Source: Octopus vulgaris | Lineage: Eukaryota | DNA: 64,000 nt | NCBI GenBank assembly: GCA_951406725.2 | Contig: OX597814.1 | Location: 85,498,001 to 85,562,000, forward strand | Reading direction: 5' to 3' | Shown here: in pieces, positions 1 through 14,035 of the stretch | How positions within the stretch are numbered: the first letter of the stretch is position 1 | Layout: each line of letters opens with the position of its first letter | Translations under genes and position numbers: made by a program | Notes under the pieces: model-generated | Told to the model about the DNA's origin: nothing | Database searches by the model: none | What the model saw: only the letters and a program-made list of their open reading frames with translations

Positions 1-700
1 ATCAGTTACCTACTGAGGTCGATCTAATCGACTGGCCCCCTCCCCCAAAATTTCGGGCCTTGTGCCTAGAGTAGAAAAGAACCATTACCACTCCGGACAA
101 AGTGCTTAACGGTATTTCATACGTCTTTACGTTCTGAGTTCAAATTCTTCCAGAGTCGACTTTACTTTTCGTCCTTTCGGGGTCGATTAAATAAGTAACA
201 GTTGGGCACTGGGATCGATGTAATCGACTTACCCCCTCTCCCGAAATTGCTGGTCTCGTGCCAAAATTTGAAATCGATATCACCAAAGCAGAATCATTAG
301 CACTCCGGACAAAATGCTTCCCGTTCTTGATGCGCTAAGTTCAATTCCCGCTGAGGTTAACTTTACCTTTCATCCTTTCAGGGTTAGTAAAATAAAGTAC
401 TAATCAAGTACTGGGGTCGATGCGGCCGGCTAAACTCCCATTCCCAAATACTATCCTTTTGCCAAAATTTCAAACGATAAAAGGCGGCAAGATAGCAGAA
501 ACGTTACTACGCAGGACAAATTGCTTTTCGGCATTTCTTCCGGCTCTACGTTGTGAGTTCAAACGCCGTTGAGGCTGTCTTTGCCTTTCATCCTTTCGAG
601 GTCGTAAAAATAAGTACCAGACGAGCACTGGGACTGACGTAATTGACTAGACTCCACTCTCACCAAAATTTCAGGCTTTGTGCTTATAGTAGACAGGATT
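1..700 (+). mobile_element. Tandem cluster of diverged tRNA-derived SINE monomers (family 1)
   Basis: About four successive units with B-box-like GAGTTCAAATTC, core CCTTTCATCCTTTCGGGGTCGAT..AAGTAC and tail CCCCAAAATTTCGGGCCTTGTGCC; same family as the TSD-flanked copies at 10672 and 19948. Confidence 0.85.
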
Positions 701-1849
701 ATTAGACACCATTTTTATGTCACCTGCAGTTCAGGGTTAATTTTCCCCGTTTATCTTTTATTTACTTTCGTCGAGTTCAATGTCAGAATAAGCCTTTCAC
801 TACCGACCAAAAAGAAGACAACACGGGATGAGCTACCTATAATAAATGCGTTGTTGTTTAATGCTTAAAAGAAAAGAGTCTTGACGTTTCGGACGCTAAT
901 CCTTCATCTGCAGGATGATGGGAAAGAAAAAATAAATGAGTAGGAATGAGAAAAGGTGACTTAAAATGAAGAAAAAAGGAGTCAGGGACCTAGTGAGAAC
1001 GAAGTACTGTGGGAGGAGAGGCAACGCCAACCTGGACAAGGTGTTTTCTTTGTGTGTGAAAGACTACCAGCAATTTTCCATGCTATGCATGCAAGTCTTA
1101 CCTCGCTACTCCACCATCGACGACTGTTGTCACAGGCATTGACGTCAAAAGACTAAGAGCCAAACATTTCGTCCAATGCTCTAACAGGTCAGTAAATCTA
1201 GCACCTTGGATTAGTACTTATTTGTCAAGGACGAAAGGATGAAATGCAAAGTTGACCTCGGTGTGATTTGAACTCAGAGAGTTGTGAATTGAAACAAATA
1301 CTATAAAGCGTTGTATCCAACTCTTTAATGACTCTACTAAACTTTAATAGTTTTTTCTTTTTTTTTTTTACTAAACTACAGCCATGGAAGAGTACCTGAA
1401 GAGTTTGTCTATCAAACTAACCCCAGTACTTATTTTAAAGTCTGATACTTATTCGTTCGCTCCTTTGCTCAACTACAAGATCGCGGGGTGGAGGGCATAA
1501 AAACAAAACAAAACATCAGTTGTCAGATGGTATAACACAAATACATACGAGACAAATTTCTGCACAGTTTCTGCATAAAAGATATATTCACAACGAATTG
1601 GTCTACTCGGAGTTATAGTGGATGACACCTCCTAGGATTTTATAGTGGAGGACTTTTTGGGTATGTTCTATGGAGGGAAGGGGTTGAGCAGTAAACCCAA
1701 GAGCTGTCGTCATCGGTACAAACTGTAACTACGCCACTGTGGTTAAACGTAGATACATGCATACATACACATATATATTCACACACATATATGCATACAA
1801 ATATGTATGCACGTATATATGTATTGATAAATGTATACATACATACATA

Positions 1850-1886
<37 letters not shown>

Positions 1887-1887
1887 A

Positions 1888-1946
<59 letters not shown>

Positions 1947-1973
1947 ATATCTATCTATCTATCTATCTATCTG

Positions 1974-2211
1974 TTTATATTAAGGGCATTACTATACATA
2001 AATGCCTCACGCTAGGAGGGACTCTTTAAGTCAAAAACTACCATAATAAACATATTGTGCCGAATGCGAGGGAATGCAACTCTCGAACAACTCTCGCTTC
2101 GAGAGTTGCATTCCCTCGCGTTCGGTACAATGTGTTTATTATGGTAGTTTTTGACTTTAAGAGTCCCTCCTAGCGTGAGGCATTTATGTGTAGTAATGCC
2201 CTTAATATAAA
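1974..2211. repeat. Long palindrome (114-bp arms, 10-nt loop)
   Basis: 1974-2087 is the reverse complement of 2098-2211 with 5 mismatches by eye. Confidence 0.95.
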
Positions 2212-2399
2212 TGACTATATTTAAAGGGAATAATTAATACATTTTCCCTTATGAGGTTTTTCACGCTACCTACTTGATAAATTCTTATAAAGATTTTATC
2301 CTATTTTAAAATTATGTGTATATATATATATATATATATAATAGGTATGTAATCATAATATTCATTTGGGTTCATGATAATGATATATAATATATATAA

Positions 2400-2735
2400 T
2401 ATTGGGTTGGCAACTAAATTCCCGCCGTTTTTTAAATTTCAGAATTTATTGCGTTTTTAAATTTTGGAATCTTTTATTTTTCAAGAATTCTATTTTTTAA
2501 TCATTTTGGAATCTTTTTTTTTTCTAGTTAATTTTTGTTTATTTTCAGATCATTAAAATGAAATGCTAAGTTAAGAAAAACGAACATTTTCGACACCTCC
2601 TTCTTTTTTGCTTTAAATCAAGGTTCTAAGGCCGCAAAACCTGTTCGCGACATTTGTGATGTGTATGGAGAGGGTGCTATAGCTGAAAGAGCCGCTCGTG
2701 ATTGGTATGCCAAGTTCAAAATTGGAAATTTTCAA
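2400..2735 (+). mobile_element. Mariner transposon 5' fragment (TIR plus N-terminal HTH, decayed)
   Basis: TIR-like TATTGGGTTGGCAAC; from about 2558 reads KKNEHFRHLLL..NQGSKAAKPVRDICDVYGEGAIAERAARDWYAKFK with a stop and a frameshift. Confidence 0.85.
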
Positions 2736-2999
2736 TTTCTGTCTTCCACCAACCCCTACTCCGATTACAGGAATCTTATGTATATGTAGGTGAAATAAAT
2801 ATTGGAGATGCTTTGCTCCAAGCAGGAACTACAGGAACTACTCAGGAGTTTTGCAAACTCTTTTTTTTCTTTTTTAAATCCATCGCAATGTTGGAAACTC
2901 TTCCGTATCATCATCAGATATCTCAGGGTGTGCGCTTCCCCCTTTAGCCTGTGCATTTCACCTGAGTGGGGCAGCTAGGACTGAATTAATTTTCGCCTA

Positions 3000-3640
3000 C
3001 AGAAGGGTCCTATTTGCGATCCTTTGTCAGTCATAGCCACTGCTAGTTGGTTCCAGTTGCCATGGTTATTTCTTTAGTACAGTGGTTTCCAACTTTTGTT
3101 TTGCCCCACACGCCTAAAAACTTTTAATATGTTCTCGCACCCCTTAAAGTAATAACTTTATAAAAATAAAGGTGCCCGGGGCAATTGCCCTCTTTGACCC
3201 CCTAAAAATCCAGCCCTGATCACACCTCTTGGAATGCTATCTCGCACCCCGGGTGCGAGCACATCTAGTTGGGAAACCCTGCTTTAGTAGCTTTCTTCAC
3301 TTGTATGGGTCCCAGACCACTCCGCCTAGCTGAAAAACCGCGACAGTCGACTTCAACAGGGAATGAGACTGTATGTCATCCCTTGAAAAAGGTCTCGTCG
3401 ACCAAGCCCTGATTTTGGGCTTTCTTTCGCAGGTAAGAAACGTCGAGTCTGTACCCCGCCGCCCCCAGAGTACTGGTAGTTCAGCGACGATAATTGATTG
3501 CTTTTGCACTCCTGGAGGAGAGCATGAACATGTCTCCGTGTTATCTCATTTGAGAAGACGAAGCTACACTTCAGGTTTACATGCACCTTCCAGTCTGAAG
3601 CTAACTGCAAAACAGAAAGCGAACCTCCAGCTGTATAATC
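3000..3640 (-). pseudogene. HERO-like non-LTR retrotransposon, restriction-like endonuclease (RLE) remnant interrupted by a hAT MITE
   Basis: Minus-strand pieces across frameshifts: ASDWKVHVNLKCSFVFSNEI, IIVAELPVLWG, RKKAQNQGLVDE, LIPVEVDCRGF, resembling the ELTVPWE..RK..KY..PVEVGCRGF signature. Confidence 0.7.
3080..3281. mobile_element. hAT-superfamily MITE
   Basis: TIRs CAGTGGTTTCCAAC / GTTGGGAAACCCTG; exact 8-bp TSD CTTTAGTA at 3072-3079 and 3282-3289. Confidence 0.9.
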
Positions 3641-3979
3641 TTCATCAAAAGTCTCCAGTCATAACTTGCCCGTTGACCCCGTGGACGCACAAACGTAAAG
3701 CAACAAGAGTTTACTTCGACCGTCTAAAAATATTTTAAATCACAACTACGGTATTGTGAACTCTTTCTTTTAATAGTTAATGCTAGACGTTTGTGTGTGT
3801 ATGTGTGTGTGTGCGCGCGTGCGTGTGTCTGTGAGAGTATGTGTATGTTAGTATATGTGCGCGCGCGTGTGCGTGCATGTGTGGTTGAGCGCATGCGCGT
3901 TAGTGTCTGTGTATTTATACACACACAGACATATATATAATTCATAGATGAGATCCAAATATTCTCCGTATAGATTTAC

Positions 3980-4019
<40 letters not shown>

Positions 4020-4091
4020 ATATATATATATATATAGATAGATAGATATGATGTATATTATATAATGTCGGTATATATTTCTATAGTTACT

Positions 4092-4162
<71 letters not shown>

Positions 4163-4417
4163 GATAGATAGATAGATAGGTAGGTAGGTAGGTAGGTAGG
4201 TAGGTAGGTAGGTAGATAGATAAACAGATAGATATATTATTTCATATAAATAGAATTTAAGGCAGCGAGCTGGCTGAATCGTTACAACCGGGCAAAAAGC
4301 TTTACGTTTTGAGTGTTCTAAACAATATCGATCGCACACATTCACTGAGTATGTAGAGTCGATAATGTTTATACATATATATATATGTGTGTGTGTATGT
4401 GAGAGAGAGTGAATACA

Positions 4418-4461
<44 letters not shown>

Positions 4462-4542
4462 AAATTATACCCATTCTTTTTTCTGTAATTTATTTAAACA
4501 AAAACAGGGATCGAACAATTGCATCATTTTTCAACAGTCTCC

Positions 4543-5542
4543 TTATTTTTCGATGTATTTCTTCCAGTGTTCCACAAGCTTGCTTATTTCATCGGTGAAG
4601 AAGGTTTTCGGCTGGCCACGCAAATTATGCACCGCCCCCTGCGCTTCTTTGTCCGTAGCAATTCGACGATCTCGTAAATCCTGTTTGAGCGGTCCAAAGA
4701 TATAATAGTCGGAAGTGACGAGATCAGGATTGTATGCAGGGTGTTCCAGCAACACGAAACCCAATATTTCAATGGTTTCAACAGTGTGGGCGGCCGTACA
4801 AGGGTGTGTATTGTCGTGCAACAATAACATTTGCCTTGACAATAGCCCTTGACCTTTGATGCAAATTACTGATTTAAGTTTGTTAACCAGCATTTCACTG
4901 TAGCCTGCACTGGTGACTGCAGACCCCTTTTCTGAGTAATGTTTCAGAATAAGCCCTTTTGCGTCCAAAAAATAGGCCAGCAGCACTTTTTCTGCGAAAG
5001 GTTGAGTCTTGAATTTCATTTTCGTAGGCGATTCCAGATGTTTCCACTTCATACTTTGCCTTTTGGATTCTACCTCAAGTGATGCACCCAAATTTCATCT
5101 GTGATTATTCTCTTCAAAAAACCTTCGCCTCCATCGTTGTAGCGGTCGAGGAAACTATAACGGATCTCCAAACGATTACACTTATGCGCTTCGGTAAGTT
5201 CTCTTGGCTTCCATCTCGCACAAAAAGCTTCTCGTGAATGATTAATTTTCAGAAAACACGTCACACCTTCGATGGTCACTCGTTCACAAGAAATATCTCA
5301 CGAGCTTGCTGAATATTCACGGTGAAGGTTTATGGGCGTCCTGCTCCCTCTTCGTGTTTCACGCTTGTCCGGCCATTTTAAAACTTCGCGATCCACTCAT
5401 ACACATTTTTACGCAGTAGAGCGCTATCCTCGTATTGTACTGAAAGCCTATGATGCATTTCTGCCTCTGACACACCGTCCGATTAGAGAAGTCGGATGAC
5501 TGATCTCTGTTTTTTGGGGCACACTGTCAGCGGAGTGGCCAT
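4543..5542 (-). pseudogene. Mariner (DD34D) transposase pseudogene; element about 4470-5700
   Basis: Motifs WKPRELT (WVPxxL), RIITDEIWVHH, LLHDNTHPCTA, HPAYNPDLVTSDY; N-terminus MATPLTVC..QRSVIRLL from ATG 5542; stops and frameshifts. Confidence 0.93.
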
Positions 5543-5811
5543 GCTTTCTTTGTAACACAAGAAAGAAAACTGAAGCGATCAAGGGGAAACCTCGGCTACG
5601 TTACCACAAGCGTATCAATTCTCAATATGCGAGCGTTGAAGGCTGCACAGTGAAACTAAAGAAGATTTTTAACGAAAGTGTGGATAAATTTGACTTCGGT
5701 TTGTGCGCGCGCGTGTGTGTGACACACATGCATATATGTAGTTTCACAGGCCCCTACCGGAAGCTCGACTCCTTCAGGCTTTGGATTGCAGATCTGAATC
5801 AAACTGTTTTG

Positions 5812-5869
<58 letters not shown>

Positions 5870-5888
5870 ATATGTATATATGTATATA

Positions 5889-5919
<31 letters not shown>

Positions 5920-6318
5920 GCGTATAGAGACGTGTATATGTATATAATTGTGCGCGTATGGATATATATATATATATATATGTGTACATGTGTATGTATA
6001 CATGTGTATGTATACATATAGGTGTGTGCGTGGGTGTGCATGTATGTGTTTCACGCGAGTATGAGTGAGCATATACATATATGCACATGCACGTGGGTGT
6101 GCTTGCGAGCATGTGTATGTATGTACATGCGCGCATACGCGGATTCTATGTGCGTGGGTTTACCGTCTTCGAGTATTTTTACTTTCTCCCTATTCGGGCA
6201 ATTTCCCTTTATTTAACAGTCATTCTCATAACTCTTTTGTTTGTTTTAATAACGGTCATCATCATCATAATAATTTCCTTTTATTTAACGGTCATTTTCA
6301 TAGCATTTTTGTTTGTCT

Positions 6319-6381
6319 TAATAACTGACGAGATGCCGGAGCAGATTTCCGCCCCGACATCTGAAACTCTGAGTTTTATTA
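6319..6381 (+). ncRNA. Type I hammerhead ribozyme-like motif
   Basis: TAATAA-CTGACGA-GATG..CATC-T-GAAA-CTC(T)GAG-TT-TTATTA: 6-bp stem I, intact core, minimal stem III. Confidence 0.65.
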
Positions 6382-6468
6382 TGGCAACTGCTAATTGTCA
6401 CATATCATATTATAGATAAATTCCTCTATTTACGTAATATCGTGGTCTCATTCATTCTTTTGTTGTCA

Positions 6469-6595
<127 letters not shown>

Positions 6596-6736
6596 ACCGT
6601 TATGGCCAGTACATAGGGTTACTCAGAGTTTCGCGTCCATAAAGCCCTGAACTTTACATAAGTCTCGTCAGACGTACCCGTGCTCCTCTTTCGGATTTGT
6701 GATTTACTGACGATACATCGATATATATATATATAT

Positions 6737-7135
6737 CGCAGGAGTGGCTGTGTGGTAAGTAGCTTGTTTACCAACCACATGGTTCCGGGTTCAGTCCCAC
6801 TACGTGGCACCTTGGGCAAGTGTCTTCTACTATAGCCTCGTGCCCACCAAAGCCTTGTGAGTGGATTTGGTAGACGGAAACTGAAAGAAGCTCGTCGTAT
6901 ATATGTATATATATATGTTTGTGTGTCTGTGTTTGTCCCCCTAGCATTGCTTGACAACCGATGGTGGTGTGTTTATGTCCCCGTCACTTAGCGGTTCGGC
7001 CAAAGGGACCGATAGAATAAGTGCTGGGCTGACAAAGAATAAGTCCAGGGGTTGAGTTGCTCGATTAAAGGCGGTGCTCCAGCATGGCCGTAGTCAAATG
7101 ACTGAAACAAGTAAAAGAGTAAAAGAGTAAAGAGT
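6737..7135 (+). mobile_element. tRNA-derived SINE family 2 (CORE-like, internal microsatellite)
   Basis: Head GGAGTGGCTGTGTGGTAAG..GGTTCAGTCCC, CACCTTGGGCAAGTG segment, 3' stem-loop AGTC-AAAT-GACT and AAAGAGT-type tail; several copies in the window. Confidence 0.9.
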
Positions 7136-7466
7136 ATATATATATATATATATAAATGCTTCTGTATTTCATGTTTCTGTATTCCATTATTGTTTTTTGT
7201 TTTTTTATATCTGTCCCTTTTGCTGTCCTGGTGTTCGTATGCATTCGATCCTTCTTCCAGGAAATCTACGCTTCCAGCTTAGTTTTTCTAATGCTCGTTG
7301 CTTAGTTTTTCTTGGAGGGCTGGCCGTGATCTAGTAATCTCAAGATTAATCAGCCGAAATTACTACGATGATCCGGTTCTGAGGGTTTCGAATGTCCTGT
7401 CCGTGTTTATTGTATCGTCTTCTAAGAGTTATACGTTCTTGTCCATGTTGTATTTTTCTACATACC

Positions 7467-7515
<49 letters not shown>

Positions 7516-7540
7516 CAGCGTACGTACACCTTGTTTTATA

Positions 7541-7616
<76 letters not shown>

Positions 7617-7623
7617 GTATACC

Positions 7624-7659
<36 letters not shown>

Positions 7660-7706
7660 TGTATGTATGTATGTATGTGTGTATGTATGTATATATGTAT
7701 GTATGT

Positions 7707-7762
<56 letters not shown>

Positions 7763-8489
7763 GTAGAGGGAAGGAGAGTTTAAGGGACCGAGTTGCAGAT
7801 TGGCAACAAATGTAGCTGAAGTGAAAGCGATGAAAGTGGTGATGGTGGGTTAGTCTCCTCCTTTCGCTAAGAGGCAGAGGAGTGTGTACGAAGCGTGGGA
7901 GGATGGTGGCGATGTAAGGTGAAGAGACCGTTATGAGAAAGGAGGAGTGAAAGTAGGCGGGAACATAAAGAGAGTAGGAGGTAAGTTGAAAAATCTCAGT
8001 AAGAAGGCAGTGACGTTGCCCGACCGATAACACATTTCTTCTATGGAACTTCTTTTTCCTTTTTGAAAAATTCGTTTGTGTGTGTGTCGAGACTTTAAAA
8101 AAATTGTCGAACTTCGTTTCGGATATGAAACTGATTTTTTTCTTCTCTTCTCTTCCCCGCCCCCACCCTCATCACAATGATTAACTTCAACTAATTATAT
8201 TTTCGCTTCGGAGAATTCAATTTTCTTCATTAATTTTTGTAGCTTCTTTTAATGTATAGTGATGTTTTTGGCACAAGAAAACTGCACCTTATACACTCTA
8301 CTGCTTTTATTCTATTTCTTTCTGTCCTCTCTCTCTCTCTCTTTCTCTCCCCCCCTCTCTCTCTCTCTCACTCACACACTTACTAACTCTATCTTTAAAA
8401 CTACACACACACACACGCACACACACTAACACATACACAGAAACACATACAAGTACATACACAATCACATACATATATAATATATAAAC

Positions 8490-8666
8490 AAACACCTATC
8501 CCTGATCTCTCTCTTATTGTGTCTGCGCCTGTATCACTGTATCATTTTCTTCAAGTTCTTGTGTCAGGTGGCTCTCATCTCTTACCCTTTTTCTTTATCA
8601 CCCTTCTCTCTCTTTCTTCTTTTCTTTCTCATTTTCTTTCTTTCTTTCTTTCTTTCTTTCTTTCCT

Positions 8667-8745
<79 letters not shown>

Positions 8746-8911
8746 ATCTATCTCACTCTCTCTGTATCATGTTTTCTTTTTCATTTACCTCTCCTTACAC
8801 CCTATCTTTTTCTCTCTACATTCTCTTCATTCCTTCTCAGTCTCTTTCTCCCGTTGTCTCTTAATTTCTTATAATCTCTTTCTCTTTCTCTCCCTGTCTT
8901 TCTCTCTCTCA

Positions 8912-8947
<36 letters not shown>

Positions 8948-9370
8948 TTCTCTGGCTCTGTCTCTCCTGAATTCTATCACATTTTCGCATATTTTCTTTT
9001 CCTCTTTCTTTCTCATATACATCCCCACTTTCTATTTTTCCCTAATACTTCACCCCGTCCCTTTGCTTACCCCTGTATATTTGTCTGTCAGTCTGTCCGT
9101 CTCTCTCTCTCACCTCTCTCTTTGTCTCCCTCTCTCCCTTCCTCCCCCCTCTATCCTTCTCAGTGTGTGTGTGTGTGTGTGTATTTCCATTCCACCCTCT
9201 TTCTCACATTTTTCTCACTCGTTCTCTTTTGATTATCTTTTCTTAGTTAATTATCACCCGTTCTTTCTCTCTCTTCATAACCCTTCATTTTCCTATCATC
9301 TTCCACTGTATTACGCTACTCCTTCAGTTCACCCTCTCTCCCTCTCGGTTTTCTTCTTTCTTCAATCATA
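8490..9370. repeat. Polypyrimidine/polypurine low-complexity tract
   Basis: CT, CTTT and CTAT repeats seen directly; a similar tract lies at 35690-36550. Confidence 0.85.
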
Positions 9371-9432
9371 CCATCATTCCCAAACATATATACACATAGA
9401 GACGCGCGCGCGCACACACACTCACTCACTCA

Positions 9433-9465
<33 letters not shown>

Positions 9466-9582
9466 GTACACACACATGCATATATATATATACATATATA
9501 TCACGTGATCACGTGACCGCTGGTCACAATGCGTTCGCATTGTTTTAGCCTTCGAACGACGCTGGCTAAGCGAGCAGGCCAG

Positions 9583-9652
<70 letters not shown>

Positions 9653-9656
9653 TATA

Positions 9657-9887
9657 TCTTTCTTTACTACCCACAAGGGGCTAAACACAGAGAGGACAAA
9701 CAATGACAGACAAACAGATTAAGTCGATTATATCGACCCCAGTACATAACTGGTACTTATTTAATCGACCCCGAAAGGATGAAAGGCAAAGTCGACCTCG
9801 GCAGAATTTGAACTCAGAACGTAGCGGCAGACGAAATACCGATAAGCATTTCGCCCGGCGTGCTAACGATTCTGCCAGCTCGCCGCC
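9657..9887 (-). mobile_element. SINE family 1 monomer
   Basis: Reverse complement of the 10672-10901 copy. Confidence 0.9.
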
Positions 9888-9889
9888 AT

Positions 9890-9948
<59 letters not shown>

Positions 9949-10080
9949 CGTGAGCCTGTATATCTCTATATATATACATAGATATGTATGCATATATATC
10001 AATCCATATATAAATATACATACGTACATATATGTATATGTGTGTGTGATGTATATTATAGGTAACTGAATCATAACTAT

Positions 10081-10117
<37 letters not shown>

Positions 10118-10192
10118 CACATGCATATATAACGGGAAGCTTTATGAAAATAGACAAAAGACGAAGGCAGGTGGAAAACAAACAAACAATTG

Positions 10193-10239
<47 letters not shown>

Positions 10240-10307
10240 CACATGCATACCTGCATACATTCATACATACAATGTTTGTTGTTTTTGTAATTATTCAAAA
10301 ACATATT

Positions 10308-10386
<79 letters not shown>

Positions 10387-10671
10387 GTTTATATACGGTA
10401 GAGTGTTACAAAAGTGACTCAATGGCCGTGAATTGTGTACATGGCACTTAGTTTAGTGACGGTAATCGAGGGACCATTTTCTCTAGTTCTTAACGTAAAA
10501 CTAATTTAAATAAAATATGCACTACTGAACAATATAAAATTATTAAGCCAAGATAAAACATGTTTAATCCTCTTTTCGACAGTGTAGTCGAAGAGTATAT
10601 TCCGGTAACTTTAACGTTGTAGTCTTTATTCAGAGCCTGGCGGTGGAGATGAAGGTATTACTTTTGGACAA

Positions 10672-10901
10672 GGCGGCAAGCTGGCAGAAACGTTAGCACG
10701 CCGGGCGAAATGCGTAGCCGTATTTCGTCTGCCGTTACGTTGTGAGTTCAAATTCCGCCGAGTTCGACTTTGCCTTTCATCCTTTCGGGGTCGATAAATT
10801 TAGTACCAGTTACACAATGGAGTCGATATAATCGACTTAAACCGTTTGTCTGTCCTTGTTTGTCCTCTCTGTGTTTAGCCCCTTGTGGGTAGTAAAGAAA
10901 T
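10672..10901 (+). mobile_element. SINE family 1 monomer with 16-bp TSD
   Basis: GGCGGCAAGCTGGCAGAAACG head and B box GAGTTCAAATTCC; TSD AGGTATTACTTTTGGA at 10653-10668 and 10902-10917. Confidence 0.93.
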
Positions 10902-11335
10902 AGGTATTACTTTTGGATTCTTCTAAAGACAGTTGAAGAAACAACCAAAGATAAAGTCTGAAAGCAACGCATTCTTTGCTGTTATGTATATTATAGGTAA
11001 CTGAATCCTAAATATCATTAAAGGTTTCTTTGATTTCCCTAGCAGCCTGGGTTTCGAGTGATACAAGCCACGAGTGTTTGTACATGACATGACAGAAATT
11101 CTTATTTTAAAGTTGTTGTTTCTTCCCAATATGAACAACATACAGCGATTAAGAGCAACACAATGTAAGATCAGCGCACCTTTTGATGCAAGGCCACTCT
11201 GGTGTTTAAAACCGCAAATATTACCTAACTTTTCGCGTAGAACTTTTGCGGTAAAAGCGGAATGGTACCGAAGAATTATAACTGGTTCATTAAATATGTG
11301 CTAAATTTTTTATTTGGTGTGTGTGTGTGTGTGCG

Positions 11336-11379
<44 letters not shown>

Positions 11380-11849
11380 CGTGTGTGTATGTGTGCGTGT
11401 GTGTACGTATGCGTGTGTATATGTGTGTGTGTGCTTGTGTGCCTGTGTGTGCGTGTGTGTTTGTACGTGTGTGAGTGTATGAGTGTGTCTGTATGTTTGA
11501 GTGCGTTTGTGTACGTGTACGCGTGTGTGTGCGTGAATGCGTATGCGCGCGTATGAGTGTATGTGTGCATTTCTTTGTATTTGAGTGTGTTTGTGCCTGT
11601 GTAATGTGTGTGTATGTGTGCGTGGGTGGGTGTGGGTGTGCATGTGCATGTGTGCATGTGTGCATGTGTGCATGTGTGTATGTGGTGGGGGAGCGTCTTT
11701 TAGTGGTTAGGCATTGCATTTATGACTGCAAGATTGTGGATTTGATCCCTAGACCGAGCTAAATGCTTCATTTCACATTCCTTCAGTCCAATCAGCTGGC
11801 AAAAATGAGAAATCACGTGACGAACCTGCATTCCGTCCAGGAGAAAAAT

Positions 11850-12500
11850 TTTTACGCCATCCAATCCGAGAGAGACTTTGGTTATTATCCAACCATCTCG
11901 CCCGTCTTCTACCACAATGTCTCTACCACAATATCTGTTGCCGGCTGTCTCTGCTTGAAGAAGCTGTCTTGCGATCCTTTTCTGCGACATTCTAAGTACA
12001 TGTCCGTAGTATTGAAGCCGTGACCTGTCGATGTAGGAGCGTAGCGACTCGACCTGGAGAAACTTTCTGATCTCCGAACTACGCACCCTGTCGAGCAAAC
12101 ATTACTCCAGAGATGCCTCGGAGGAAATTATTTCGGCTGCTTGAATTCGCAAGCGTACTCTTTCGCTCGTTACCTAACATCCATAACCTTAGGCGAGGAT
12201 AGGCGCAAAAACTGAGTTGAAGATAACAAGTTTGGCCTTTTTTTTTATCAACCAATCCTTTTCTAATGATCGATTGCTGAAACTGAAGCACTGCTGTGCC
12301 AGCATCCGCAATTTTAAGATCCAATTCCGCCTCCTGCTTCCCATCACGTGTGAATACGTCCCCGAAATACTTAACCTTCTCCACTTGCTTCAGTGATCTT
12401 CCACTAACACGTAGAGTGCACTGGGAATACTTTAGAACCAGTGTCTCAGTCTTCGCAACACTTATTCTCATCCCTGCCTGAAGCACTTGACAGCGGACCT
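11850..12500 (-). pseudogene. RTE-clade LINE, RT C-terminal region (decayed)
   Basis: AGMRISVAKTETLV, QVEKVKYFGDVFTRDGK, DRVRSSEIRKFLQVESL..IDRSRLQYYGHVLRM in ORFs 12079-12486 and 11700-12098. Confidence 0.85.
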
Positions 12501-12889
12501 AACAACATCCCAGATAAAAAAATAAGCTGGCCGCTAAAGTGAAAGTAGCTTCCGTTTGATAAAGTGAAAATAATACGTTATTAATATAGGTCGCCCTCAT
12601 ATAAATTATAACTTACCGATACTTTATGTATTACTTCTCTTTCCATTCTTCACGTATCTCTCTTTCTCTCATTCTTTCCTGTGCATTATCATTCACACTC
12701 ATAAATACCATTTTGGCTTTTATCTTAGTCATTCAACAACCTATATGCCATTTCTGTAGTATTTCCTGTTTTTTTCATTTTTCTTTCCTAATGCTTTTTC
12801 TTGCTTCTATTTTACACTTCACCCGCAACTCTTTTTTGTATTACATTACGGAACAGTCTTTCTATCATCAATCGTACTTTCACAGGTGA

Positions 12890-13270
12890 AAGACTTCTGA
12901 AAAATATTAAAAAAACTTGTGGATATTTCTACTTTACAAGTCAACCTGGTTTTCGACGTACCAAAGGCAATTATAATGATATTTTTGTGGATAACTGTCG
13001 TGAATAAAAATCCACTGAATAAATGTTGTAAATAAAAGTGCATGACTTTCGTTTTGACCTTACTTTTTTTTATTCCATAAATCGGAACTTGAAGCTCTGC
13101 AGAAAGTACTAGCCAAACTTAGCAGCCCACAAAAATTCATCAAAATCACGTGACTTCTGTACAACAGGGAAGCCGAAGTGCAGTACCAGTCTTTTGAGAC
13201 AGTTCAGTTTAAAGTGAAAACCACAGTAAGGCTGGGTTCTGTATTTGCCCCTAGACTTTTTCCACCTCAT
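12890..13270 (+). pseudogene. Highly decayed RTE-like reverse transcriptase core fragment
   Basis: SQPGFRRTKG..DIF, MTFV-DL, EALQKVLAKLSSPQKFIKI, FKVKTTVRLGSVFAPRLF (compare QxGFR, FVDLxKAFD, GVRQGxVLAPxLF). Confidence 0.65.
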
Positions 13271-13473
13271 TTTCAGGTATGTTCGCACTCACTGGGGTAA
13301 AGACTCCAGCTTGACATCTTCGTTGCACAACAAATTAAAAGATAAAACTGAGATGTAGGCTTAACTAAACTTCGCTGTGGGGCGTATGATTGACACTTCT
13401 GGAACTCTTTATTTAATAACTGTGTACTTACTAGTCTGTCTATTTATCTTTATAACTATGTAACCGTGTCTCT

Positions 13474-13643
13474 GAGTGGCTGTGTGGTAAGTAGCTTGCT
13501 TACCAACGACATGGTTCCGGGTTCATTCCCACTGCGTGGCACCTTGGGCAAGTGTCTTCTACTATAGCCTCGGGCCGACCAAAGCCTTGTGAGTGGATTT
13601 GGTAGACGGAAACTGAAAGAAGTCCGTCGTATATATATGTATG

Positions 13644-13707
<64 letters not shown>

Positions 13708-13952
13708 CGCGTGTGCGTGTGCGTGTATGTGAGTGTGTGTGTGTGTATGTTTGTGTGTCTGTGTTTGTTCCTCCAACATCGCTTGACAACCGATGGTGGT
13801 GTGTTTACGTCCCCCTAACTTAGCGGTTCGGCAAAAGGGACGGATAGAATAAGTACTAGGCTTCCAAAGAATAAGTCCTGGGGTCGATTTGCTCGACTAA
13901 AGGCGGTGCTCCAGCATGGCCGCAATCAAATGACTGAAACAAGTAAAAGAGT
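13474..13952 (+). mobile_element. SINE family 2
   Basis: Close match to 6737-7135 with an expanded internal (TA)n(TG)n. Confidence 0.9.
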
Positions 13953-13986
13953 ATACCGATTTACCTATCAAAGTGTCAATTTTTCA

Positions 13987-14035
<49 letters not shown>

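Noticed and set aside
1-700. CRISPR-like periodic repeats (also 22338-22462)
   Set aside because: Units are long diverged SINE modules or a degenerate minisatellite; no identical repeats with unique spacers, no cas genes, eukaryotic context.
3373-3738. 121-aa + strand ORF
   Set aside because: Antisense to a HERO-like endonuclease remnant; not an independent gene.
10672-10760. tRNA-like A/B box sequences here and at other SINE heads
   Set aside because: They continue into SINE bodies with TSDs and I see no complete cloverleaf; not tRNA genes.
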